Part shown: piece after piece, positions 1 through 12,504 of the stretch
Numbering within the stretch: position 1 is the stretch's first letter
Layout: the number at the start of each line of letters is the position of its first letter
DNA from: the human T2T-CHM13v2.0 reference genome, Homo sapiens
NCBI RefSeq assembly: GCF_009914755.1
Contig: NC_060940.1
Direction: 5' to 3' (one strand)
DNA: 64,000 bases
Notes under the pieces: model-generated
What the model was told of the DNA's origin: nothing
Seen by the model: the letters and a program-made list of their open reading frames with translations, nothing else
The model's database searches: none
Program-made: the position numbers and the translations under genes

Positions 1-726
1 GGTATTAACAGTGTGATGATTCTGTTCACAAGGAGACAGGAGAATTCTGCTCTGCCCTGGCTGCTTGTCCATCTGATCAGTTTCCTCAAGCCAGTCCTCC
101 ATGGGGCCAGTCTCTTGGCATGTCCAATGCCACTCCTGTACCCTTTCTTTGGCTCAGGCCCACTAGTCTTCTACTGTATATAATAATATTGCAGTAAAAG
201 TCTCCAGTCGTGGTATCTTTGAAAATAACAAGGAATAAACTTAGGTTTTGGTATGTTAGATAACTAACCTGATTTCTGGCAGCCAGAAGCTCTTCATGTT
301 TCCATGAATTTGAGTGAATTTTAGTGGGACATCCGCACAGGACAAATACCACTCCTGGAATCCTTGAATAACACTGGGTGCTTTCAGGTCCCTGGGGAGG
401 CAGCCCTGATCAGTCACCACAAATGTGGTTGCAAATATATTAGGTTCCAATGATAGAAATGCAAAGAAATTTTGGTGACCAGTTATACGTGTAATCCCCA
501 GGAAGGTTACCCATGTAACCTCTGTCTACTTAAGTAGTCATGTCTTCTACTTAATGCAGTTGCTTCAAATGGATTTGCATTATATGCACCTGCTATGCCT
601 AGCATCTTTTGGGGAGGGTGCAAACAAATAATTGAAAAATCAAAGAAAAAAAAAATGGAACCAGAAAGGTAATAAAGTTTTCTTTTGTTGATTAATTCGG
701 GGCACTGTTCATGACTTCATTCATAC

Positions 727-1036
<310 letters not shown>

Positions 1037-1524
1037 CATCCATACATGTTTTTATGGAAAATGATGGTATATTCAAACAGAGGAATTGAGTAAAGTTTAA
1101 TGAAAGACTATTTATGAAGGTGTCTGTGAGGTTGGTAGAACTAGGGGTGGTGTGTTGACAGGGACAATCAATGTTGAGAAGCCCTTAACACCCCTCATTA
1201 CACCTAGGATCCGATTTTCCAACCATATTCTTGTCAACCAGAGATCTTCCCTAAATAATGTTATGGAGACTGGCAAACATATCCAAAGACTTATACTAAA
1301 TAGAGATCTGAGAAGTCGGGGGTTTCTTCCCAGGTCCTTCCTTCCAGTCCTGCCTGTATTAGACAATTTTAGCTTTGCAAATTCTTTTAAATTTGCCCCA
1401 TTCTTTCTTATTTTCATGTTATCATCATATTCTTTAGAAGTTATTTTCCTACACTTTTGTAATAACTGTGTCTCAAGGATAACCTCATATAAATCCATTC
1501 TGCTATATCAAAAACAATGCAAAT

Positions 1525-1700
1525 AATGACCACAATATCATTTATCAAGTTCTAACTATGTGTCAAGCACTTTGATACATGCTCTAAAATTTTATTAGTA
1601 CTGATACTTAAAAAAAGACTCTCTGATAGAAGTATTATTAATCCCATTTTAAAGATGAGTAAGTGAGGCAGTTTTTCAGTATCAGACAACTACCAAGTTA
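1525..1700 (-). mobile_element. MIR fragment
   Basis: Core ATTAATCCCATTTTAAAGATGAGTAAGTGAGGC matches the reverse MIR core. Confidence 0.7.
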
Positions 1701-1744
1701 TAAAACTAGGCCGTATATTTTGGTCTCACTCTTTAATTAAGGCA

Positions 1745-1933
1745 TAATCAGCAAATGAAAATCGTACATTTTTAAGTGTTTTATACATGGTTTGTGCTTT
1801 GATATAAGTATACATTGTATAATGATCCCAACAATCAGATTAATTAACCTATCCATTACCTGGCATACTTACCATTTGCACATGTGTGTGTGTTTGTAGA
1901 GAACACTTAAGATCTATTCCCTTAGCAATTTTT
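1745..1933 (-). mobile_element. L1MA-type 3' end, left part (interrupted by L1PA insertion)
   Basis: AGAACACTTAAGATCTATTCCCTTAGCAA matches the reverse L1MA 3' UTR and resumes at 3361. Confidence 0.8.
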
Positions 1934-2001
1934 AAAAAATTGATACTTCATTTTATTACTGAATAATATTCCATTGTATACATAGGTTACATTTTTTTAA
2001 A

Positions 2002-2099
2002 CTTTTTTTTTAATTATACTTTAAGTTTTAGGGTACATGTGCACAATGTGCCGGTTAGTTACACTTAAAAAAATGTAACCTATGTATACATGTGCCATG
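2002..2099 (-). mobile_element. Very short young L1 (L1PA2/PA3-like) 3' terminus with 26-bp TSD
   Basis: Poly-T then ATTATACTTTAAGTTTTAGGGTACATGTGCACAATGTG...TATGTATACATGTGCCATG; direct repeats at 1975-2000 and 2098-2123. Confidence 0.85.
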
Positions 2100-2114
2100 T
2101 ATACATAGGTTACA

Positions 2115-2453
2115 TTTTTTTAAGTTTAACTTTTAAGTTCCTGGGTACATGTGAGGTTTATTTACATAAGTAAACTTGTGTCACAGGGGGTTGTTGTACA
2201 GATAATTTTGTTACCCAAGTATTAAGCCTAGTACTCATTAGTTATTTTTCCTGATTCTCTCTCTTGCCACCCTCCACCGTCCAGAAGGCCCCAGTGTGTG
2301 TTGTTCCGCTCTGTGTGTCCACTTGTTCTCATCATTTAGCTACCATTCATAAGTGAGGACATGTGGTATTTGATTTTGTTGTTGTTGTTGTTGTTCCTGT
2401 GTTAGTTTGCTAAGCAAAATGGCCTCCAGCTTCACCTATGTTCCTGCAAAGGA
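2115..2453 (-). mobile_element. Older L1PA (PA13-16-like) 3' end, non-inverted segment
   Basis: ATTAAGCCTAGTACTCATTAGTTATTTTTCCTGA...GTTCCTGCAAAGGA is reverse L1 3' UTR. Confidence 0.85.
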
Positions 2454-3367
2454 TCCCTTCCTTCCCTTTACACTATATGCAAACATTAACTCAAGATGGA
2501 TTAAAAGTTTGAATATAAAATCCAAAACTATAAAAACCCTGAAGACAACTTAGGCAATACCATTCTGGATATAGGAACGGGCAAAGTTTTCGTGATGAAG
2601 ATAATGAAAGCAATCACAACAAAAGCAAAAATTGACAAATGGGATATAATTAAATTAAAGGGTTTCTGCACAGCAAAGGAAACTATTAACAGAATTAACA
2701 GACAACCTACAGAATGAGAGAAAATTTCTGTAAACTATGCATCTGACAGAAGTGTAACATCCAGCATCTATAAGGAAATTAAAACAAATTTACAAGCAAA
2801 AAACAAATAACACCATTAAAAAGTGGGCTAAAAACATGAACAGACACTTTTCAAAAGAAGACATATGTGCAGCCAACAATCACATGAAAAAAAGCTCAAC
2901 ACAACTAATTATTACAGAAATGCAAACCAAAACCACAATGAGATACCATTTCACACCAGTGATAATGACTATTATTAAAAAGTAAAAAAATAACAGATTC
3001 TGGCAAGGTCGCAGAGAAAACACTGTTGGTGGATATGTTCAACAATTGTGGAAGACATTGTGGCAATCCTCCAAAGATCTAAAAACAGAAATGCCATTCA
3101 ACCCCAACCCAACAATTCAATTACTGAGTATATACCAAAAGGAATATAAATCACTCTGTAATAAAGACACATACATGTATATGCTCATTGCAGCACTATT
3201 CACAGGAAGAAATTCAAGGAATCAACCTAAATGTCCATCAGTGGTAAACTGGGTAAAGAAAATGTGGTACATATACACCTATGGAATACTATGCAACCAT
3301 AAAAAGGAACAATATCCTGTCCTTTGCAGAAGCATGGATGGATATAGAGGTCATTATTCATAGCAAA
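2451..3367 (+). mobile_element. Inverted 5' segment (ORF2 C-terminal region) of the same L1PA
   Basis: AACTCAAGATGGATTAAA, AAAAGCAAAAATTGACAAATGGGA, CAAAACCACAATGAGATACCAT; ORF 3046-3363 resembles the ORF2 C-terminus. Confidence 0.9.
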
Positions 3368-3840
3368 TTTCAAGTATAAAATAAACTATTATTAACTATA
3401 GTTACAGTGCTATATACAGATCTCTGGAACTATCTTACAACTAAATGTGTGTTAACTTTGATCAATATCTCTCAACTTTTTCCTACTCCCCAGCCCCTGG
3501 CAACCACTATTCTATATTCTGTTTCTTTATGTTTCAACTATTTTACTTTCCACCTATAAGTGATATCATGCAATATTTATCTTTCTGTGTCTGGTTTATT
3601 TCACTTAGCATAATGTCATCCAAGTTTATCCACGTTGCCACAATTGTAAGAATTTCCCTCTTTATTAAGCTAAATAATATTTCATTATATTTGATATATA
3701 TCATAACTGTCATACTAATTATAATATGATGAAACATATATTAATGATATAAATCATAATTTCTTTATTAATTTATCCATGAATGGACACTTAAGCTGTT
3801 TACATATCTTGGTTATTTTGAACAATAGTGCAATGAATTT
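3361..3840 (-). mobile_element. L1MA-type 3' end, right part
   Basis: TAGCAAATTTCAAGTA...CCCAGCCCCTGGCAACCAC...TTATTTCACTTAGCATAATGTC is collinear with 1745-1933. Confidence 0.85.
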
Positions 3841-5011
3841 TAACATTTTGTTCGTTTCCAATTCTGGATTGGAGATTGATTTAGCTTTCTATCTTTATCT
3901 CCTTGGTATCTACCACATTTGCTCTTAATGAACATTTGTTAATTACTGAACAAATATGGAAGCATCTGGAGGCTATTCCATGATTTTTTCAATGAATTTC
4001 AGACCCAGCATCACTCCCTTGAAATAGATGTTTACTCTGCAACTCTCCTCCCCAGCATTTACCAGGGTGGTGTTGTAGTGATGTTTGGATGGCACCTTAG
4101 TTGTTTGGCTTATGGTCTGGTTTGCAAGATGAGAGAATAAACTGTCCATTTTTGCTCTTATACACTCTCTCTTGAGGTCTCCCTTAGTGGTTAATGTATT
4201 TCTTTCAGCTGAAAATATAAACATAAAAATAAATGATCTTATTAGCTTGTAATTTTCATATCCTGGGGTTGCTTTTAGTGCCTAATGGGGAACTTTTTCC
4301 TCTAAGAGAAGTCTAAATTGGTTCTGTTGTCCAATATGAGCCATGTGCTCCAGCAAATATCTCTATCAATGATTAATAAGATAGTCCATCAGTAACTATA
4401 AGGTGAGTGGAACATTCATTCATACACAGGTACCTTGTCTGTTTTGCCTGCAGTAAATTCCTCTTTTAGGGAATTTTTCAAATTAAGCCTTTAAAGGAAA
4501 ATAAGTTCTCTAACAATAGCCAAGCATCAAGAAATATTGCAAAATAAAATTGTATTCTGTTAGATATATAATATTCTTACAATGGTCACATTTTATTTAT
4601 TCTTCTAATATTCTTATTACCTATTCTGTCTGACAGTCATGAATTCAAAGATGTCCTTGTCTCTTATAATTTGCTGAATATAACATTTACCTGTTCTCCA
4701 GCAAACAGATGCAAATAAATCTAAGTCAAATTTGATAACATTTGCAAAGTGCCAAGTTCTGTGTTCATATAAAATGAGGGAAAATGTGCTAAGCACTTTA
4801 AGGCAGGTCGACAGCATTGTATGAGTGTTTAGAGGAAATGCTGCCTTGAACTGTAGAATAAATATGATGTTTTAAGTCAATAAGACATAGGTTTCAAGCC
4901 AGGATATGTATTTACTAGTTGATAACTTTGAGCAGTATGATTGCCTTTGCCTGTTTCCTGAATTTAAAAATCGGAGACAATGTTTGGTATAAAGAATTGT
5001 TCTGAAACTTA

Positions 5012-5678
5012 TACATTGTTGGTGGGAGCATAAATCAGTTTAGCCACTGTGGAAAGCAGTTTGGAGATTTCTCAAGGAACTAAAAAGAGAACTAGCATTC
5101 GACCCAGCAATCCTATCAATCCTATCACTGAGTATACATACAAAAGAAAATATGAATAAATGTTTCTACCAATAAGATACACGCACTCATATGTTAATCG
5201 CAGCACTATTCACAATAGCAAAGACATGGAGGCAACCTAGGTGCCTATCAACAGTAGATTCAATAAAGAAAATGTGGTACATTTACACCAAGGAATACTT
5301 TTACAATTATAAAAAAGGAATGGAATCATGCCCTTTGCAGTGATATGGATGCACCTGGAGATGATTAAGCTGAGTGAATTAACACAGGAACAAGAAACCA
5401 AATACTGCATGTTCTCACTTACAAGTGGGAGCTAAACATTGAGTGCACTTGAACATAAATATGACAACAATAGACACTGGGACTCCTAGAGGGTGAAGAG
5501 AGGATGAGGGGCAGAGCTTGAACTACTAACTATTGGATATTACACTCAATTAATGGGTGAGGGATTCAATTGTACCCCAAAGCTCAGCATCATGCAATAT
5601 ATGCCACATACCCATGTAACAAACCTTCTATGTACCCTCTGAATCTAAAATAAAAGTCAAAACTATATTAGAAAAATG
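5012..5678 (+). mobile_element. L1PA16/L1PB-like 3' fragment inserted in a MIR
   Basis: GCCACTGTGGAAAGCAGTTTGGAGATTTCTCAA...GAATCTAAAATAAAAGT; degenerate TSD TTCTGAAACTTA/GTCTGAGACTTA; MIR-like flanks at about 4870-5011 and 5690-5765. Confidence 0.88.
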
Positions 5679-7865
5679 TATGGTCTGAGACTTAAAGAGA
5701 TGTTATTTTTAAGGAACCTAACAAAGCACTTGGCCTGTAGCAGGTGACCAGTAAATGCTAGATGGAATCTCCTTCTTTCATTTGGGGGGCTAAGAAGATA
5801 TTTGAATTGGTTTTCGAAGCATGTGTCAGATTTCAAAGTATAGACCATGTTGATAGAAAAGATTTCACAGTATGCTTGTTTGATATCAAGGTTCTCTATT
5901 AGTTCCCTTATTTATTAACATAGTAAGTTGTTAGTGTGGAATACCAGATAAGCCTGCAGGTATCCAAGAATACTGCAGTATAATATCTTACATTTGACTT
6001 TTACTTGTTCTCACTCTCTCTCTCTTTCTGCCCCACTTAATTGACAAAAGAGAAAGACAGAAGAAAGGAACTGACACAGCTGAGAAAAAATAATTCTCTC
6101 TTAAAACATTGTATAAATATTATGAGTCAAGTCATCATTCTAATTATCTTGGTGAGCAAGCATTATAAACCATTCTGTTTGAGAGAGCTCAATAACCATT
6201 TATATCACTTTCTTAGAGACATAATAATTGTCCTCTCTTTTCTCATGCCTATGACCCAGTGCCTAGCTTGAACTCGTAACTGTCACACTCGAAATGTTTG
6301 CTGAGTTAGTAAATTGGGGATTGGATTTAATTTTCCTTCTCTTCTTAGGTTCATTAAGTGCAAGCCAGTTATACTATTGTCATGTAAAGTCTAAATGCTG
6401 TTAATTTCAGATATACATGGTAAATAGGGTGTTTGCATTCAGCCAGTGTTTGGTCTAACTTGCTATCTCTTCAAATGAGGATTGTATGGCCAAAGTGCCT
6501 TCAGAACTGAATAATATATTTTTTTTCCCTCTTACAAAAGCAACAACAAACATATAAACTCTCCTTCCTTGGTGAAATGTTTATATGAAAGACATATTGC
6601 CTGTGTCTGTTTCTAAACACATATTCCCCAGCCCATTAGCTGTGTATTTAAATATTTTACAGATTCTATTTTTCTACTAATTGACCTTCTGACTAAAGCA
6701 ATTTGTGATTAGTAAAATAGTCACCAAATTAACGTGTCAATTTAATATGTTTAAATAATTTAATCTGAGCAGTTCTTCTCAGTGGAAAGCTATCTGCTAC
6801 ATTTTAGGAAGTTAGCAAAATGTTGATACTGAAAAGATAGGATAGATAAAAGATAGAAAACACACACAAAGAAACTATAGTAAAATCTCAGTTATGAATA
6901 CAAATATATTAATATGAAGAAAATCCTAGACAATCCTTCTCATTTGTAGGTACAGGTACATCTATATGATTTCTCTCTTACCAGATGAAGTTTGCTGCCC
7001 CTCCAAAATACTTTAGTGTTTTAAAATCTGTCCCTAAACATCTGTGTAGCTCTAGGTGTAACAAGAATAAAAAGGCCAATGTCCATCTCAATTGATGTAA
7101 TATATTTCTCATAAAGGTTTTTTGTCTGTGTCCGTGTGTGTCAAAGGATGAATATGTTAACTCCTACTTAATAGTACATCATTAGTGACATTCAAATCAA
7201 GAAGAACAAAAAACAAATTTGTGCCAATGCAATTTTTAACACTGTTCTGTAAATTCTTAATAATATAATTGGAAAGGAATAAGGAAACCAAAGAGTAATA
7301 TGAAAAGACAAGTATAAGAATTTACAAAAGATTATATGTTTATATATATAATTATATTTATGTGTTTATATATAATTATATATATAATTTCCATATATAT
7401 GTTGACATATATATATATATTCACTTGAAAATTAGAGAAAAATAAATATAAACCCAATAAATTCTCACCCCCATAATAGAGGTGGACGTCAATACCACGC
7501 CAATTCACCATGTATGGAAATCTGAGGGGGCTAATTGCTAACCTCACTGGGTTCCAGTTTCTAAATTATTTGAAAAGGAGACACTAGGGTCAGATATATA
7601 ACAATATATATTCTGGTTTATACCTAAACACACATGGAAGTTTCTCCCTGAATGAAACTTGCCTCTGCAAGCATAGTCAAAGCAGCAGGACAAATACTGG
7701 CTTCTATCCACTGCTGTGACCATTCTCACAGGCTGACAGAATAGTAGAGGAGATAACATTTATCTTTGACGTCTGGGTAGGCAGGACCTCAGGAATCCAA
7801 AAGACAAAAATCACTCATGAGCTCCCACCAAAGAATTTCTCATCATCTTATCACCTGGTGAGAAG

Positions 7866-7867
<2 letters not shown>

Positions 7868-7917
<50 letters not shown>

Positions 7918-7933
7918 GAGAGCGAGAGCGAGA
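7868..7933. repeat. (GA)n microsatellite
   Basis: Direct inspection. Confidence 0.95.
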
Positions 7934-7977
7934 GCCTGAAAGCATAGAGAGCTCAATACTTTTCTGTCTTGGGAGAC

Positions 7978-8335
7978 TGATATGGTTTGGCTGTGATCCC
8001 ACCCAAATCTCACCTTGAATTGTAATAGTCCCCACATGTCAAGGGTGGGACCAGGTGGAGATAATTGAATTATGGGGTCAGTTTCCTCCATACTGTTCTC
8101 ATGGTAATGAAAAAGTCTCATGATACCTGATGGTTTTATAAATGGGACTTCCCCTACACAAGCCCTCTCTTTGCCTGCTGCCATATGAGAAATTCCTTGC
8201 TGTTCTTTTGTCTTCTGCCATGATTGTGAGGCCTCTCCAGCCACATGGAACTGTGAGTCCATTAAACCTCTTCCCTTTATACATTACCCAGTTTTGGGTA
8301 TGTCTTTATTAGAAACATGAGAACAGACTAATACA
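7978..8335 (+). mobile_element. THE1 (THE1C-like) MaLR solo LTR
   Basis: TGATATGGTTTGGCTGTG...GACTAATACA with perfect 5-bp TSD GAGAC. Confidence 0.93.
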
Positions 8336-8539
8336 GAGACCTATCAGGGAAAATGGAGTTGGGGCAATAGAAGGTCGACCCAAGCATCCCCTGCTTTTCC
8401 ACAGAACTCCACTTTGTGCATGGTGAAGATATAAGAAGTGTTGACAATTTTACAAAATTCCCTCTACTGAGAAACAATCAACCATATCCTTACCCAAGAA
8501 TGGTATCAAAATGTATGGGTTCTTGAGTCCGTCTAACCC

Positions 8540-9217
8540 TGTGTAATAGATTCAAATGTACATACATTGTTTGATATGTCTCCCATTAAGAGGTGGAGTC
8601 TATATCCCTTAACCTTATTTTATTTCTGGGCTAGACCTATGACTCCCTTTTGACCAACAGAATATGGTAGAAGTGAGGCTACATCTTAACTCTTTTGGAA
8701 TTCTTACTCTGGGAGAAATCAGACATCATATAAGCAATGTGACTACTCTGACATTTCTATGCTGTGAGGAAGCCCAGACTAGTCATGTAGATTGGCTACA
8801 TGGAGAGATAAAGAGAGAAGAGATAGATAGATAGATAGATAGACGGACAGATAGATAGATAGATGTACACCTGGAAGCCCTGGCTGTGAGAGTCATCCTA
8901 GCCAAGATATCAGACAGCTAAGTGAAGAAGAAATATTGGGAATTTGAGACCTAGCAGACATGATGTGGGGAAGAATTGGAGAGAGAGCCAGAACAAGGGC
9001 TCTAAGCATATGCTCCCAATGGAGTTGTCTCAGACATTTTCAACTCTTTAAACCATGCCAGCTGAGGCCTTCGTCATGGTGTAAAACGGATAAGCTGTTC
9101 CTATTGCACCCTGCCTCAATTCCTAACCCATAAGATTGTAAGTATACTAAAATGAGATTTGCTTCATGCCACTAATTTTGGAGATATTTTGACATATGGT
9201 AATAGGTGACCAGAACA
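8540..9217 (+). mobile_element. MLT1G-like solo LTR containing (GATA)n at about 8821-8863
   Basis: CCCATTAAGAGGTGGAGTC, TTTGACCAACAGAATATGGTAGAAGTG, end AATAGGTGACCAGAACA. Confidence 0.75.
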
Positions 9218-9244
9218 GCTGAGTTTCAATCATTGCTTCAGTAC

Positions 9245-9632
9245 TGCTATGGACTGAATTTTCTAACCCCAGAATTCTAACCCCTGATGTGACTGCATTT
9301 AGACATTTAGCTTTTAGAAGCTAATTAAGGTTGAATGAGGTCATAAAGGTGGAGCCCTGATCTAATGGGATTAGTGTCCTCATAGGAAGAGATATCAGAA
9401 TCCTCTCTGTCTCTCAATTCCTTTCTGAGGACAGGCATGGAGAAAAGATCATGTGAGAATAAAGCAAGAAGGTGACCGTCTGCAGGCCAGGAAGAGAGGC
9501 CCCACCAGAAACTGATTCTCCCGAACCTTGATCTGAGATTTACAACCTTCAGAACTGTGAACAATAAAATTATGTTGTTAAAGCCACCCAATCTGTGGTA
9601 TGTTATTATGGCAGTCCCAGCAGATTAATACA
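9245..9632 (+). mobile_element. MLT1A-like solo LTR
   Basis: TGCTATGGACTGAA...AAGCCACCCAATCTGTGGTA...TAATACA; TSD AGTAC/ACTAC. Confidence 0.85.
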
Positions 9633-9820
9633 ACTACCTATTAACTGTGAGATCTGGGGCAATTATTTAAACTTTCTTAGTCTTTATTTTCTCATCTGTA
9701 AAATGAGAAAAAAAAGATACTAGTTCTTTATCATGCCGCTGTTGTGTAGATTAAATGAGATAATGTATGTGAAATCCTAAACACAATACCTGATACAGAG
9801 CATAAAATAAATTTAATTTA
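9633..9820 (+). mobile_element. MIR (3' part; 5' pieces at about 8505-8539 and 9218-9244)
   Basis: TTTTCTCATCTGTAAAATGAG core; GATTAAATGAGATAATGTATGTGAAA. Confidence 0.8.
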
Positions 9821-12332
9821 ATTATTATATTTCAGTAAGTTATGCTGCTCAAAAACTGAAGAGTCATGAGAAAAAATAGAACCATAACACCAGTAGAATT
9901 CATAGTAAAATTTATGCTGAAACCAGAACTACTCTTACTATGGAGTTTGAAGGCAATTCCACATTAAAATAGTCTGAAAAATATGCTTCATGATACCATA
10001 ACAATGTTTCCATTACATTCTAACAGTTAACAATAGCATTATATTGCAGAATGGCTTTATGCCTCTCTAAAAGGGATAGCATTGTTATTTCATGGGGAAG
10101 CTGTGACCTTGGTTTATTCTGATGAATGGAAGAAAGGAAGGAAGGAAGGGGTAAGGAGGAAAGAGAAAGAGAAGGAGGGGAAAGAAAAGTGGGGAAGAAG
10201 GGATTCGACCAGGGAAAAGTCATATTCAATGTGAAAATTCATTCGATATATGCATTTGGATCTTGAAAAACAAAGACCATTAGGCTCAGTAATTATCATT
10301 TAAAACTTCGTTCAAAATAAATGTAGAAGAGTCTTTTTATAAAAGGATAGTCATTATAGTATTACTATATCAACAAAGCATTGAAAAATCACTTGAAATA
10401 TTCAACAATAATAATTTTTGGTTAATCTCTCATGAAGAATATTATTATTTCATTAACCACTTATGTTTACATAAAATAAAAATAATTACATAAAAATAAA
10501 ATAATTTAAAAATCAGTACACGTAATAATAAACGTAGGTATGCGAAGCTTATACATAACTATGATTGGAAAGTAATTACCAAATATTACCAGCAGTTTTC
10601 AAGGATTAGCAAAATTATTGGTAACTTGTTTTATCTTTTTCCTCTTCTATATTTCCCAAATTTCTATCATGAATATATACTTATGTTATATTATAAACAC
10701 ATAAACAAAAACCAAACTCTCTCTACTTTCACTTAAGCAGTAGCAACTTGTAGAGTCATAAAATCATTTACTATAGACATTATAAAACAAAACCCTGAGT
10801 AAAATTTCCATTGTTATTTTTTCCCCAATAAAACTTATCTCTTGTCTTTGAAAACCTTTCTGACAGCTTCATTGGAGATGTTAAAAAATAAAAAGATTTA
10901 AAACAGAAAAAAAATAGATTTTCTCCTTTCTGCATCAAGGTGTGTCGGGAGAAATCTTCAGAGAATTTTAGTGCAGCTCAGATTAATCTTTGTTTTTACT
11001 TCCAGATAAATAACTACATATTACTGTCAATCATATTAAGCTATGAGAAAAAGAAGATTCTACTGAGCATATTCTCATATGTTTCATTATTCATTTCCAA
11101 GGTATAGCAACATTTGTAAAGAGTTGTTTATCCAATAAACTCTCATGTGGCCCATGCATTACTTGACATCAGAACTTAAAACCATACCTGTTGCTTGAAT
11201 CAGATGCCTACAATATGCTAGGGGATGGATAGACTTGACTTCATTGATCTGTTTCTATGGCCCCTCTATGCCACAAATCCTCACTTCGAATTAACCTTTC
11301 AGCAAACGCAAGTAAATATTTGTAGAGAACTTGCTTGCCTGTCCAGAACTGTGACAGTCTCTACGGGAACAAAATTTCGGGAGAGATATATTGGCTGCTA
11401 GATTTTAGCAACATGATTCTGAGATTACTTTGTAAAAATTATTTACAAATTCTTGCTAATATGAGTGCAGAGGAGACAGATAATCTTTAATGAGCATGTC
11501 TTTTCTCTGTATATGTTACACTAAAGATGTTGAACTTGTCTTGTGAATGATGTCTTCTTTTTAATTAGTTTTTGTTTTTGAAGGTCAAAGTGTTGCCCTG
11601 TCTTTTACAGGGCTACACTTACTTTCTTTTTGTCACTATTTAAAGGTGTCTGAGCAATTAGCCTATCTGTCCATGCTTGTGTGAAATCATACTTATTCTT
11701 GCACAACTAGGTACTCAGTCAGGAGCATAGACAGGATCTGATTTGGAAACTGCCTCATAAAAATCTAATCAGAGACCAGCAAGTGATTCTCACAGATGAA
11801 CAGTGTTAAGACATTAATCTGCATTCATGCCCAAAATGTAGTTGCAAACTGCACTATGGTAAGTCACTTGGAAAAAAAAATGTATTTAGGCACTTTTTAC
11901 AAGTATGAAAACATTAATGCTAAGATCCCTTTATGAATAAAGACATTTTCTGCAATATTAGTAGGCCACAGTAAGAGAGGAATGTGGCATCGCTACTGCC
12001 CTTTCTCTTTCTTTCCAAAGGGATTGGAGATGGGACTTAAGGCTGTTATTATAATATATAGTCTTCCTGATACTCATAGGCACTTCAAAGTGTCCTCCAG
12101 AGCCGTTCTTTCTTAATATCTCTAGGATTGAGACAGACACAATGCTCTATGCACTTAGGCCAGGGAATTTGCTTCAAAACCATAGATTACTGTTGTTTAG
12201 CTCAAAGGGCTGAAAGTAAGGAAATGATGTCGCTGTTCTTACTCATGAGTTACTATGCTGTTTGTTTTTGGCAATGAGTCCACTTAGCCCTTCTGAGCCT
12301 CAGTTTCACTGTCTGTAAAATGAGGGTAACAT

Positions 12333-12456
12333 AGTTGGTAGCGGCAGCATGTGCCTCTAGTCCCAGCTACTTGGGAGATTGAGGTAGGAGGATCCTTTGA
12401 TCCTGGGCAATGTGGGGAGATCCTGCCTCTATTTAAAAAGATATCTATTTATCTCT

Positions 12457-12503
<47 letters not shown>
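12333..12503 (+). mobile_element. Alu monomer fragment (FLAM/FRAM-like) with (TATC)n tail, inside a MIR
   Basis: GTGCCTCTAGTCCCAGCTACTTGGGAGATTGAGGTAGGAGGATC; MIR core CCTCAGTTTCACTGTCTGTAAAATGAGG immediately upstream. Confidence 0.7.

Positions 12504-12504
<1 letters not shown>

Noticed and set aside
1112-1526. Overlapping 128-aa and 124-aa ORFs on opposite strands
   Set aside because: No recognisable homology; the region partly resembles a decayed old LTR; likely chance
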